From an uncultured Anaerolineales bacterium (lineage in GTDB: Bacteria; Chloroflexota; Anaerolineae; UBA7937), in the NCBI GenBank assembly GCA_964383935.1, contig CAYLIE010000006.1, positions 35,377 through 99,376 on the forward strand: 64,000 bases of DNA, in the 5' to 3' direction. This document shows positions 1 through 7,800 of this stretch, one piece after another; the first letter of the stretch is position 1; every line of letters begins with the position of its first letter. The position numbers were made by a program, and so were the translations under genes. Below the pieces are notes generated by a model. That model worked only from the letters and a program-made list of their open reading frames with translations. It did no database searches and was not told where the DNA came from.

Positions 1-19
1 TAGAGCATCATACAACTTC

Positions 20-115
20 AGGGTTGTAGGGGAGGGGCTTGCCTGTCCTGAGCGCAGCGAAGGGTCCCCTCCCGTTTCACCCCTCCTTTTCGGGAGGCCA
101 CCAGGGCCTCCCCTA
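20..115. repeat. Partial copy of the GC-rich modular intergenic repeat family (gcttgcctgtcctgagcgc module; 8-bp inverted repeats gggagggg/cccctccc at 30-37 and 66-73; second stem gggaggcc/ggcctccc at 92-112)
   Basis: Shares the cctgtcct-agcgc module with the copy at 56134-56160 and its inverted form at 7623-7652. Seen directly in sequence. Confidence 0.3.
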
Positions 116-156
116 CATTGGTGTCAGGAGCTACATCTTGACAGTACCAAACAGAT

Positions 157-1140
157 CTACGCTATATGGTCTCGCTTCTCCCGATTGCATGTGGCGCACA
201 GGAGTTGGACATTCTTCTCAGTGTTGCTACCGCCCTTTGAGATGGGAATGATGTGGTCGAACTCTAAATCCTCAGTACTCCCGCACTTCACGCATCGACC
301 ACCATCTCTTTCCCAGACGAGCAGTCGGACCTCCTCCGGAATCCTTTCCCGCCCCCCTTGCTCAAGGGCTTCTTCGGCCGCAGCCTTGGCCTTGCCAAGC
401 CTCTCAAACTTCCTCTGCTCCCGCCTTCCTTTCTCCCATATCAAAAGCCTGGCCTCTTCTTCAGAGTACCCTGTGCTTGCCCAGAACTTATCACGGTGCC
501 ACCAGAACTTACCCTCCAGCTTGTCCTGCTTTTGGGGGAACCAAGTGCATAGGTAGATAGGTTCCTCTCTCTGGAACGCCTGGGCCTTCTCGAACACGCT
601 GGGCTTCATGTATACATGCATATAAACGCCTGAGTAGCCCCAACGATCTTTGTCCGCCAGGCGGCTATCCTCGGGGTGGAATGAAATGCAGTGCCAGCGC
701 TTCTCCGCCGTCCTCTTGCGCTGCAGAGCCTTTCTCAATTTTGTTTCGACAGTAGAGAGGGTGTCTTCGACAGTAGAGAGGTCGCTCTCCAGGGTAGCCA
801 CTTCACGCTCCAGCTCTTCGCGTCGCCGTTCACTGCTGAAAAGAGACCGCAAGCCCACCCGAGACTGGGCCAGCTTTGCTCGGGCTTTTGTGAGCTTCCA
901 TTCCAGGTCTTGCTTCTTCCTCTCTAGGGCTGACTTCTGCCACTCAAAGGTCTGCGGCGTCCTAATGGGAGCAGTGATGCGTCTCGCTGCTCTTTTGTCC
1001 AGCTCCTTCGCGACAAATTGGCCACGCGCTTCATACAGCCACCAACGACGGTGCCCACCAGACTTCATTTCAGACTGTTCCAGAGATTGGAGATCCATCG
1101 TGCCAATCGTGCCTTTGGTCAGCCTAATCGCCCTCTGCAC
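157..1140 (-). CDS. HNH (His-Me finger) endonuclease-domain protein with long coiled-coil N-terminus
   Basis: C-terminal CVKCGS...EFDHIIPISKGGSNTEKNVQLLCATCNREK is a classic HNH motif with Cys pairs. The N-terminal ~200 aa is charged coiled-coil containing an in-frame 21-bp tandem repeat (STVEDTL/STVETKL). Confidence 0.7.
   Translation of the reverse strand: MQRAIRLTKGTIGTMDLQSLEQSEMKSGGHRRWWLYEARGQFVAKELDKRAARRITAPIRTPQTFEWQKSALERKKQDLEWKLTKARAKLAQSRVGLRSLFSSERRREELEREVATLESDLSTVEDTLSTVETKLRKALQRKRTAEKRWHCISFHPEDSRLADKDRWGYSGVYMHVYMKPSVFEKAQAFQREEPIYLCTWFPQKQDKLEGKFWWHRDKFWASTGYSEEEARLLIWEKGRREQRKFERLGKAKAAAEEALEQGGRERIPEEVRLLVWERDGGRCVKCGSTEDLEFDHIIPISKGGSNTEKNVQLLCATCNREKRDHIA
746..787. 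repeat. In-frame imperfect 21-bp tandem duplication inside the HNH gene (tcgacagtagagag x2, spaced 7 bp)
   Basis: Exact 14-mer at 746-759 and 767-780. Confidence 0.85.
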
Positions 1141-1187
1141 CTTCTTACCTCCTTCCCCACCGCTCCCTGAGCCGTTAGCCAGTCAGT

Positions 1188-1436
1188 TCATTGAGATGCC
1201 TCTATCATCCTGTCGCAGGCCTCCTTCGCTCTTTTTGTGAGCAAAAGCAGACGCTCTAGTGTCTCCGGTGTCGGCTGTATCGGCATCTCTGGCGTCCCTA
1301 GGCACTTCTCCCATACGAATTGTCGCAACTCTATGAAAGCATCCTCGAAGCCTCGGACTGCCTTAACATGTTGCTCCCACAACTCTTCTTCATTCATCGC
1401 TTCCAGATTCATCTCTCTTCCCTCCTCCCCCACCAC
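1188..1436 (-). CDS. Small acidic hypothetical protein (82 aa) immediately upstream of, and co-oriented with, the HNH gene
   Basis: ORF with a 47-bp gap to the HNH start; no recognisable motif. Confidence 0.35.
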   Translation of the reverse strand: MVGEEGREMNLEAMNEEELWEQHVKAVRGFEDAFIELRQFVWEKCLGTPEMPIQPTPETLERLLLLTKRAKEACDRMIEASQ

Positions 1437-1461
1437 TCCCTGAGCCTCTTGACCCTATGCA

Positions 1462-2172
1462 TTAAAACATCTTCGTCTCGTTAATGGTCAAGACGAACTC
1501 GCAGCCCAAGAACCGCACGGCCCGCCGGGTCATGAGCATCCTGCTCATGAATATCTCGAAATACTCCATCACGCTCGATATCTCCGTGTCCACCTCCAAC
1601 TCCAAGGTGATGGTCCTATTCTCCGCGTCCACCCGCACGAAGGAGCGCTGGGCGGCGTAGTTTACCCGGTCGTGGATGTCGAAGGAGAGCATATCGGGGT
1701 TCTGCACCCGCGAACGGTGGACATCGGCCTTGTCGGCGATGATGACCGCCGCTGAAATCTCGCTCACCGGCTCACCTCGCTCCTCCTCGTGGTTGCCGAT
1801 GGCGGCCATGATCAAGGCGGTCTCCTTAGGATCCATCCCTAGACGTCGCAAGATGTCCAGGGCGATGAGGGCACTGGCGCTAGCGTGAGCATCGCGGTGG
1901 ATGGCGTTCCCGATATCGTGGAGATAGGCCGCTATGGCTGCCAGTTCCGCCCTCCTCTCGGGGTAATCGAGGCGTAAAAGGACGTTTTGGGCGATATTGG
2001 CCACCAGGCTGGAGTGTCTCTTACCATGCTCCGTATAGCCCAATGTTCGCAACTGCTCATTGGCCGATTCGAGGAGAGCGACCGCCTCCCCATCCTGCTT
2101 TACCTCATCCAGGGTGACTATCCCTTCCTTCGCTCCCTTTAACTCCGTTGGCGTCGTATTCGATTTAGTCAA
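1462..2172 (-). CDS. HD-domain phosphohydrolase
   Basis: H...YLHDIGN motif, HD superfamily signature. Confidence 0.75.
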   Translation of the reverse strand: MTKSNTTPTELKGAKEGIVTLDEVKQDGEAVALLESANEQLRTLGYTEHGKRHSSLVANIAQNVLLRLDYPERRAELAAIAAYLHDIGNAIHRDAHASASALIALDILRRLGMDPKETALIMAAIGNHEEERGEPVSEISAAVIIADKADVHRSRVQNPDMLSFDIHDRVNYAAQRSFVRVDAENRTITLELEVDTEISSVMEYFEIFMSRMLMTRRAVRFLGCEFVLTINETKMF

Positions 2173-2176
2173 TGAC

Positions 2177-3007
2177 TTATACCTCCAGACTCAGAACCCC
2201 ATCTACAAAAGGGTAAAAATGATCACAGTTCAGGCAACCCATCGCCTCGCTCCTCCTAGCCAGGGAGGAGCCACAGCGGGGACAGAGGAGAACCTCCAAG
2301 AGGTTCTGGGGAGACTCCCTTCCAGGCGAACCTCTCTTCTTGGCCCATACCAGGTCATAACACTCCTGCCACCGGTTAACCTGTACATCCTCCATGGAAA
2401 GAGCGCCCAATAGGTCCTTGAGTTCGCTCCTCCCAAAAGTTCGGCCGGGGAAGAAGAGCGCATCGCGACCCACTCGATTGCTGAGCAAGAGAACCCCGCC
2501 CGGGGCCAAGATTCGCGCCATCTCCCCCAAGGCCAATCTCTGGTGGGGTATGAACTCCAGGGCCTCGATACAGGCAACGGCGGCGAAAGAACCGTCGGCG
2601 AAGGGCAACCGAGAGGCATCCTTCCAGATCAAAGATGCCCGGCCCCCATACCCCTGGACCTTCTCCCTCGCCACCCGAAGCATCGGCAACGAGGTGTCCA
2701 AGCCCACTAGCCAGCCCTCGAACCCTGGACGGCGCACGATAGCCAGAAGCATCCTCCCCGTGCCCGTGGCCACATCGAGGATGGAGGGACACTTCCAACC
2801 TCTAAGCCTCCTCTCCAAAGGTATAGCCAGGTGCCAGGCGTCCTCGGCCACGTCGAACTTCTTGATCTCATCGTAACTCTTGGCCCCCCAGTCGTAAAGA
2901 AACCGCACTACCCTAGGGCCGAGATAGACACCCTCGGTGAGGACGAGCAACCAGTATGCCAGACCAGCTAGAAGGAGCGCCAGAGCTGCCCAGATCGCGA
3001 ACCTCAT
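2177..3007 (-). CDS. Class I SAM-dependent methyltransferase (type 11-like) with N-terminal TM helix and C-terminal CxxC...CxxC zinc ribbon
   Basis: [11 protein letters not shown] (motif I) and APGGVLLLS (post I/II). Start chosen at the MRFAIW ATG 3005-3007, which overlaps the upstream stop (ATGA coupling). The longer ORF to 3076 overlaps the neighbouring gene. Confidence 0.65.
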   Translation of the reverse strand: MRFAIWAALALLLAGLAYWLLVLTEGVYLGPRVVRFLYDWGAKSYDEIKKFDVAEDAWHLAIPLERRLRGWKCPSILDVATGTGRMLLAIVRRPGFEGWLVGLDTSLPMLRVAREKVQGYGGRASLIWKDASRLPFADGSFAAVACIEALEFIPHQRLALGEMARILAPGGVLLLSNRVGRDALFFPGRTFGRSELKDLLGALSMEDVQVNRWQECYDLVWAKKRGSPGRESPQNLLEVLLCPRCGSSLARRSEAMGCLNCDHFYPFVDGVLSLEV

Positions 3008-3900
3008 ATCGCCACCGCCAGGGCCCCAATCATCAGCCCCATCAGGGCGAAGAATTGAGTGCGCCGCAGATACCAATCGCGTCGCTTGAAAACCGGTTGA
3101 AGCAGCATCTGAGGCAGGAGCAGAAGGCCCGCGACCCCCGCAAGTATCGGCTCCTTGGTCAGAACCAGAATCGCTACCCCAAAGATCTGCACCAGATTGA
3201 GGACTCTCACCCCCCTATGTCGCTCGCCTCCATCTATGCTTTGGAAAGCGTACAGGACTCCGGTATAGATTAATGTCCAAAGGATCGCCTCACCATATCG
3301 CTGGATCGTTACTGGAGGGATGAGGGGCCTGAAAGCCAAATAACCCACAAGCCAAGCCACCCCCCCTGCATAAGAGGCTCGAAGCAGGCGACTCGGCTCT
3401 CTGCCATCATGTAAACGTAGAGATTCCCAGGCCACCAAAATCAAAGCCACGGCTATGAGCATGACTACGCTCCGGCCCAAAAGGATAGCCAGAGCAAAGG
3501 CCAAAGGAAGGGCGAAGGCTAGGCCAGCCAGAGGGGCTTCGAGCCTGGGCCAGAACCAAGAAAGCCGCTCTTCCACCCAACGGAAAAGACGATCAGCCAG
3601 GGAGCCAGGCAGAGTATAGGGTGGCGGGGAGAGCCTGGCCTTTGACCTTTCACTGAGAGAGATGGGGTTGGAGGGGGACGCTATGATAGATACCTCCCGC
3701 CAGATGGTCCCCAGGAGCGGATCTCCTAGAAAGAGGGACAAAAGAAGAACCAGAACCGTCCTCCCGTTGAACTCCAGCCTCCCGGAGGCTAAACCACCAC
3801 AGAGAACCGCCCAGGCTGGTCCCAGCCAAATGCGAGGCTTGGCCCACCAAGCCCCCAGGCCCAATAGAACGCTCTCTATCCCCCGCCCGTCTGCTTCCAA
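3004..3900 (-). CDS. Polytopic integral membrane protein, function unknown
   Basis: Multiple hydrophobic helices; no catalytic motif recognised. Confidence 0.45.
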   Translation of the reverse strand: MEADGRGIESVLLGLGAWWAKPRIWLGPAWAVLCGGLASGRLEFNGRTVLVLLLSLFLGDPLLGTIWREVSIIASPSNPISLSERSKARLSPPPYTLPGSLADRLFRWVEERLSWFWPRLEAPLAGLAFALPLAFALAILLGRSVVMLIAVALILVAWESLRLHDGREPSRLLRASYAGGVAWLVGYLAFRPLIPPVTIQRYGEAILWTLIYTGVLYAFQSIDGGERHRGVRVLNLVQIFGVAILVLTKEPILAGVAGLLLLPQMLLQPVFKRRDWYLRRTQFFALMGLMIGALAVAI

Positions 3901-3959
3901 ACACCACCTCTTCCCAATAATCTTTCGATAATTATACCATTAACACCCTCTTCCAGCCA

Positions 3960-4110
3960 AAACATGCGTTTCCTTCGGGACGCTGAGTCCCCTGGGCTGC
4001 CCGTGCTGTACGTAAAGTATCCCTCTGGGAAGCGCAGGGTGCGAAGCAAAGATCCCAGGACAGGATCTGAAGACTCAGGACGAAGTGCAGGACCGCAGGG
4101 CGGGAGACTG
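3960..4110. repeat. Intergenic repeat copy A; 50-bp core at 3999-4048 is identical to 56068-56117
   Basis: gcccgtgctgtacgtaaagtatccctctgggaagcgcagggtgcgaagca is present twice in the window (exact) and once more in inverted, diverged form at 63704-63728. Confidence 0.6.
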
Positions 4111-4120
4111 AAGATCTGAA

Positions 4121-4151
4121 CCAAAAAAGGGAGAGGGGTAACCCCTCTCCC
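4121..4151 (-). terminator. Rho-independent terminator for the 4173..5273 gene
   Basis: 10-bp perfect stem gggagagggg/cccctctccc with 3-nt loop, followed on the minus strand by TTTTTTGG. Confidence 0.65.
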
Positions 4152-4172
4152 TTAAACGGCGCTTGGGGCAGG

Positions 4173-5273
4173 CTACGATTCAGAAGTTTCTTCTTCCTCC
4201 TTCTCAGCCCTTCTACGCTGGGGCTTAGGCGCTTCCTCGGCCGCGGGCAGAGGCGGTGCCTCTTCAGGGATAGCGACGGGGGGTAGATAAGGGGTCGTCC
4301 CCAAGCGAGTGAGAATCACCGCCCCCAGCCCCCAGGAACCGGCCACCAAGGTGAAGAGGAACCCGATGCAAAGAGGTGTAGCGGAGATGAGAGTGATGAG
4401 AAAGACACCCAAGAGGACGGAGGCTAAGGGCTCCGGCTCAGCGACTTTCACCGCTTGAAGCAGTCTCTCCCCCACCACCGAACCCAAGACTATCCAGCCG
4501 TAGATGGCTGCCGCGGCCAAGGCTATAAAGAGGAGTAGCCATGCCACCCAGCCGATGCAAACGGCGATGAAAAGGATCGGGGTGAGAAGCAAGAAGACGA
4601 ATAGAGTAAGGAATCCCACCCCGATGCTGGGGAAAGGCGCGGCCTGCACCGCAGCAGCCGCTGTCTTGGCCTGCTCAGGCAAGAGGGCCACCACCAGAAG
4701 GCCTAAAGCCATCAGGGCGACAATGGTGACTATGGCTCGGAAGGCGCGAGAGAGAAAGCCAGCGAAGAGGTCTACCCTCCAACCCCTGATTCCGCCCCCT
4801 CTGAAGCCATAGAAAGGCGCAAAGCGTAACTCCGCCCCTTCCACCACCTGGCCACCCACGTACGCTCCCTCTAGCCGCTCCATCTGGCCAAAGACGGCGA
4901 CCGCGTCGTTGCCGATTCGAGCGGTGGGCTTCAAATAGATATCGCCGCCCACGCTGATCACATCGCTATCTACCTCTCCAGCGACCGTTACCCTGCCCCC
5001 GATGGCTGCCAGATCCCCCTTCACACGCCCCCCCTCATCCACGAGCACATCGCCACCGAAGACCACGGCATCGCCATCTATCCGCCCCTCGGCCTCGACG
5101 GTAAGGTCGCCGCCGAAGATGACCAGATCGCCTTCCAGTTCCTGGCCGGACTCTACCGTGTAATCTTGCCCGAAGATGACTCGGCCCTCACCACCTCCCT
5201 GGGCAAAGGCCGGGGGGACCGCGGTCACCGATAGTAGAGTAGCGATCAAGAACGCGAATAGTACCCTTTTCAT
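4173..5273 (-). CDS. Secreted/membrane protein with N-terminal bactofilin-like GD(L/V)xxFGGD(L/V)xV repeat domain, polytopic membrane region and acidic C-tail; third gene of the ECF sigma/anti-sigma operon
   Basis: Signal peptide ending AFAQ, four repeats of the GDxxxFGGDxxV type, then 4-5 TM helices. Confidence 0.45.
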   Translation of the reverse strand: MKRVLFAFLIATLLSVTAVPPAFAQGGGEGRVIFGQDYTVESGQELEGDLVIFGGDLTVEAEGRIDGDAVVFGGDVLVDEGGRVKGDLAAIGGRVTVAGEVDSDVISVGGDIYLKPTARIGNDAVAVFGQMERLEGAYVGGQVVEGAELRFAPFYGFRGGGIRGWRVDLFAGFLSRAFRAIVTIVALMALGLLVVALLPEQAKTAAAAVQAAPFPSIGVGFLTLFVFLLLTPILFIAVCIGWVAWLLLFIALAAAAIYGWIVLGSVVGERLLQAVKVAEPEPLASVLLGVFLITLISATPLCIGFLFTLVAGSWGLGAVILTRLGTTPYLPPVAIPEEAPPLPAAEEAPKPQRRRAEKEEEETSES

Positions 5274-5287
5274 TTGAACCCTCCTTC

Positions 5288-5833
5288 TTAATTTTTCAGA
5301 GGCAAAGGTGCACGGATCACCAATCTAGCCCAGACCATCATCAACCCTAGCATCAAAAAAGAGTAGGGCAAAAGGAGCCCAGGGGGTAAAGCCCCCAGAG
5401 TCGCGCCCAAGAGGAAGGAGCAAGCCTGGGCCAAGGTAGTGCTCGTTTGAATGACCCTCAGCGAGAGATCGAACCCTAGGTTCATGAGGGTAGCGGGTGC
5501 TGCCAGCGTACCCCACCAGGGGATTAGAAACCCCACGACGGAAAGCAGGGCCAAAAAAGTTAGCATGAGGGATGCAGCCACCAAAGCAGGAGCGACCCTC
5601 GTCAGGCGACGGCGAGCCTCCCTCTGGGCCAGCCTAGCCATCACTCGAGCGGTGAAACCAGGCTGCGGCGGGAAGAGAGGCGCTTCTGAGAGAAGAAGAC
5701 CCACCTCTTGTAAAGCGGTCAATTCATCCTCACACTGAGCGCAAACCGCTAGGTGCTCCTCTAGCCGCTGCTTCTCTTCCCCCACGAGTTCCCCATCCAA
5801 ATATGCGGGGATCAGTTCTCCTCGATGCACCAT
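5288..5833 (-). CDS. Anti-sigma factor (zf-HC2/RsrA-like zinc finger, single TM)
   Basis: HLAVCAQCEDEL HxxxCxxC motif near the N-terminus, TM segment; immediately downstream of the ECF sigma gene. Confidence 0.6.
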   Translation of the reverse strand: MVHRGELIPAYLDGELVGEEKQRLEEHLAVCAQCEDELTALQEVGLLLSEAPLFPPQPGFTARVMARLAQREARRRLTRVAPALVAASLMLTFLALLSVVGFLIPWWGTLAAPATLMNLGFDLSLRVIQTSTTLAQACSFLLGATLGALPPGLLLPYSFLMLGLMMVWARLVIRAPLPLKN

Positions 5834-6505
5834 TTAAGGTGCCTCCCCCATAGCCATGCTTGAACGATGGGAGGCGGATTCCCTCTCCTCCCTTAACCTT
5901 TGAACCAGCATCCTTCGGGCTCGATATAACCTGGACTTCACCGCACCCTCTCCCAACCCCATAACCTCCCCGATCTGGCGACAGGAGAGATCGTTCCAAT
6001 AGTAGAGGATGACCACCAGTCGATAATCGGGAGGGAGACACTCAAGCAACCGACGGATCTCCTCCCGCTCCTCCTTCCGTTCCACTTCCCTTTCCGGGTC
6101 TCGACCAGTTGAGAACTTGCGTCCAAGGGGGATATCCTCCAAAGAGATCGTCCAGCGTCGGCGACGGAGCCGGTCGATGCAATGATGGGCGGCGATGGCC
6201 AGAAGCCAAGAGGAGAAGTTGCGTGCCGGATCGTAACTCTGCAACCGAGAGTAGGCACGAAGGAAACTCTCTTGGGCGGCGTCCTCGGCGTCCCTAGCGT
6301 TCCCCAGCATCCGATAGGCCAGGTTGTAAACCGCTGCCTGGTACCTCTCCACCAAGCGGGCGAAGGCTTCCTCATCACCGGCCACCGCCTCCCGGACCCA
6401 GCCGCGCTCCTTCTGCCCGTCCCGAGCCTTGTCGAAGGGCCTGTCCTGAGCCTTGTCGAAGGGCATCCCATTCCCCTGCATAGTAGTATACGCATTATAA
6501 CGCAA
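5834..6505 (-). CDS. ECF-type RNA polymerase sigma factor (sigma-70 regions 2 and 4); true start may be internal (MQGNGM... or downstream)
   Basis: Region 2 FARLVERYQ...AQESFLRAY; region 4 YRLVVILYYWNDLSCRQIGEVMGLGEGAVKSRLYRAR. N-terminal extension contains a 24-bp tandem duplication. Confidence 0.85.
   Translation of the reverse strand: MRYNAYTTMQGNGMPFDKAQDRPFDKARDGQKERGWVREAVAGDEEAFARLVERYQAAVYNLAYRMLGNARDAEDAAQESFLRAYSRLQSYDPARNFSSWLLAIAAHHCIDRLRRRRWTISLEDIPLGRKFSTGRDPEREVERKEEREEIRRLLECLPPDYRLVVILYYWNDLSCRQIGEVMGLGEGAVKSRLYRARRMLVQRLREERESASHRSSMAMGEAP
6416..6463. repeat. 24-bp x2 in-frame tandem duplication (22/24 identical) encoding PFDKAQDR/PFDKARDG in the sigma factor N-terminal extension
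   Basis: cccgtcccgagccttgtcgaaggg / cctgtcctgagccttgtcgaaggg. Confidence 0.85.
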
Positions 6506-6535
6506 CTAGGTTTCAAGCCCAAAGTACCCTAGCCG

Positions 6536-6564
6536 TTGATAAGGAGCGCAAACCCTGCTATAAT
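6536..6564 (+). promoter_or_regulatory. Consensus sigma-70-type promoter for ssb (TTGATA-N17-TATAAT)
   Basis: -35 at 6536-6541, -10 at 6559-6564, 17-nt spacer, ~85 nt upstream of the ssb ATG. Confidence 0.5.
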
Positions 6565-6593
6565 ATGGGCCATAATCACTTCCCTATCCCTAG

Positions 6594-6624
6594 GAGATCC
6601 CTGTGGGACGGGATCCTGTAAGGA
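6594..6624. repeat. ATCCCTGTGGGA core with flanking gatccc/gggatc inverted repeats in the ssb 5' UTR
   Basis: Same 12-mer recurs at 7731-7742, with variants at 9463-9474, 4023-4034, 56092-56103 and the complement at 63709-63720. Confidence 0.4.
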
Positions 6625-6648
6625 CACAAATCGAGAGAGGAGGCAATC

Positions 6649-7035
6649 ATGTACCAGCGGATAGTGATCGTAGGGCGTCTAGGGGCCGATCCCGAGATGC
6701 GATACACCCCCAGCGGCTCCCCAGTCACTAACATGCGGGTGGCCACCAACCGTCGTTGGACCGATCCCGAGGGCAACCCCCGCGACGAGACCACCTGGTT
6801 CCGAGTCGTGGCTTGGGGGAGACTGGCCGAGACCTGCAACCAGTATCTCAGCAAAGGGCGAATGGTGCTGGTGGACGGGGAGATGCAACAGCGAAGTTGG
6901 GAAGATCAACAAGGGCAGAGCCGCTCCACCTGGGAACTCCGTGCTCGCACGGTCAAATTCCTTGGAGGCAGGGAGGAACGAGCACCTGAGTTTGGCCCGG
7001 AGGAGGAATCTCCCGAAGAGGAGATCCCTTTCTAA
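6649..7035 (+). CDS. ssb: Single-stranded DNA-binding protein
   Basis: OB-fold N-terminus (RLGADPEMRYTPSG...), acidic C-terminal tail ending EEEIPF (DIPF-type). Confidence 0.9.
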   Translation: MYQRIVIVGRLGADPEMRYTPSGSPVTNMRVATNRRWTDPEGNPRDETTWFRVVAWGRLAETCNQYLSKGRMVLVDGEMQQRSWEDQQGQSRSTWELRARTVKFLGGREERAPEFGPEEESPEEEIPF

Positions 7036-7041
7036 CTCTTT

Positions 7042-7593
7042 ATGAAGCGTACGAAAGTATCCCTTTGGGAAACGATAACCCTTTGCCAGACCCAAGCAGG
7101 CTGGGTAGGTTTACTCCTCTCTCCTCGAGGGCTACGAGCCCTGGAGTACCCCCGCCCCAGCGCGGAGGAGGCTCTGGCCAACCTCCAGAAGCGTTGGCCC
7201 CAGGCTTCATTTGAAAAGTCGGCTGCCGAGGGGTTGAAGGAGCAGTTGCGGCGGTATTACGCCGGGAAGCCGGTGACCTTCGCGGCGAAACTCGATCTAG
7301 AAGGCTATACCCCTTTTGAACGGCGGGTTTGGGCGGTTACCTCTCGCATCCGCTATGGCCAGACTCGCCCCTACTCCTGGGTGGCGGAAGAGGTAGGCTC
7401 GCCGCGTGCTTATCGGGCCGTGGGCGCGGCCCTGGCCAAGAATCCCATCCCCATCATCATCCCCTGTCACCGTGTGCTTCGAAAAGATGGAAGTCTGGGC
7501 GGCTATGGCGGCGGCCTGGATATGAAGCGCCGCCTCCTGGAGATGGAGGCGAAAGGGGCCCACACCCCTGTGGTGTCAGAAGTTACCTTCTGA
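7042..7593 (+). CDS. ogt: Methylated-DNA-protein-cysteine methyltransferase
   Basis: PCHRV active-site motif in IPIIIPCHRVL. Confidence 0.85.
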   Translation: MKRTKVSLWETITLCQTQAGWVGLLLSPRGLRALEYPRPSAEEALANLQKRWPQASFEKSAAEGLKEQLRRYYAGKPVTFAAKLDLEGYTPFERRVWAVTSRIRYGQTRPYSWVAEEVGSPRAYRAVGAALAKNPIPIIIPCHRVLRKDGSLGGYGGGLDMKRRLLEMEAKGAHTPVVSEVTF

Positions 7594-7619
7594 CACCACT
7601 AGCGTAGCGTCGGTCTGTC

Positions 7620-7745
7620 CCCCGGCCTAGCAAGTACCAGGACAGGCTGGCATCATTAGATCAGAGGCTTCAACCCGACGAGAAGACGTCGCCCTTTTAA
7701 CAATGAGGCTGGCCCCGGATTTTCCTTACAGGATCCCTGTGGGAG
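7620..7745. repeat. Composite intergenic repeat: inverted gccagcctgtcct/ggtacttgc module (7623-7652) plus ATCCCTGTGGGA hairpin (ccccggattt...aaatccgggg stem, 7713-7755)
   Basis: Module is the reverse complement of 56134-56155. The hairpin loop carries the 12-mer core. Confidence 0.4.
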
Positions 7746-7800
7746 AAATCCGGGGCGCGAGTGATGTGTCAGAACCAGTACCGTTGGGTTCAGCCCGCCG

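Noticed and set aside
92-112. Hairpin gggaggcc/ggcctccc as a terminator for the HNH gene
   Set aside because: No U-tract on the correct side for either strand; more likely part of the repeat element at the window edge.
743-790. Short tandem repeats (21-24 bp x2 at 746-787, 6416-6463, 53226-53257) as a CRISPR array
   Set aside because: Only two units each, no spacers and all inside coding sequence; no cas genes in the window.
2230-2876. Several 120-160-aa ORFs on both strands overlapping the methyltransferase gene
   Set aside because: Overlap a gene with clear SAM-MTase motifs; Pro/Arg/Gly-rich translations typical of spurious high-GC frames.
1462-3076. HD protein + methyltransferase + HNH nuclease as a restriction-modification-like system
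   Set aside because: The methyltransferase is a small-molecule class I type (UbiE-like fold with TM helix and zinc ribbon), not a DNA MTase (no DPPY/PCQ motifs). The HD protein looks like a generic phosphohydrolase. Adjacency alone is not evidence of a system.
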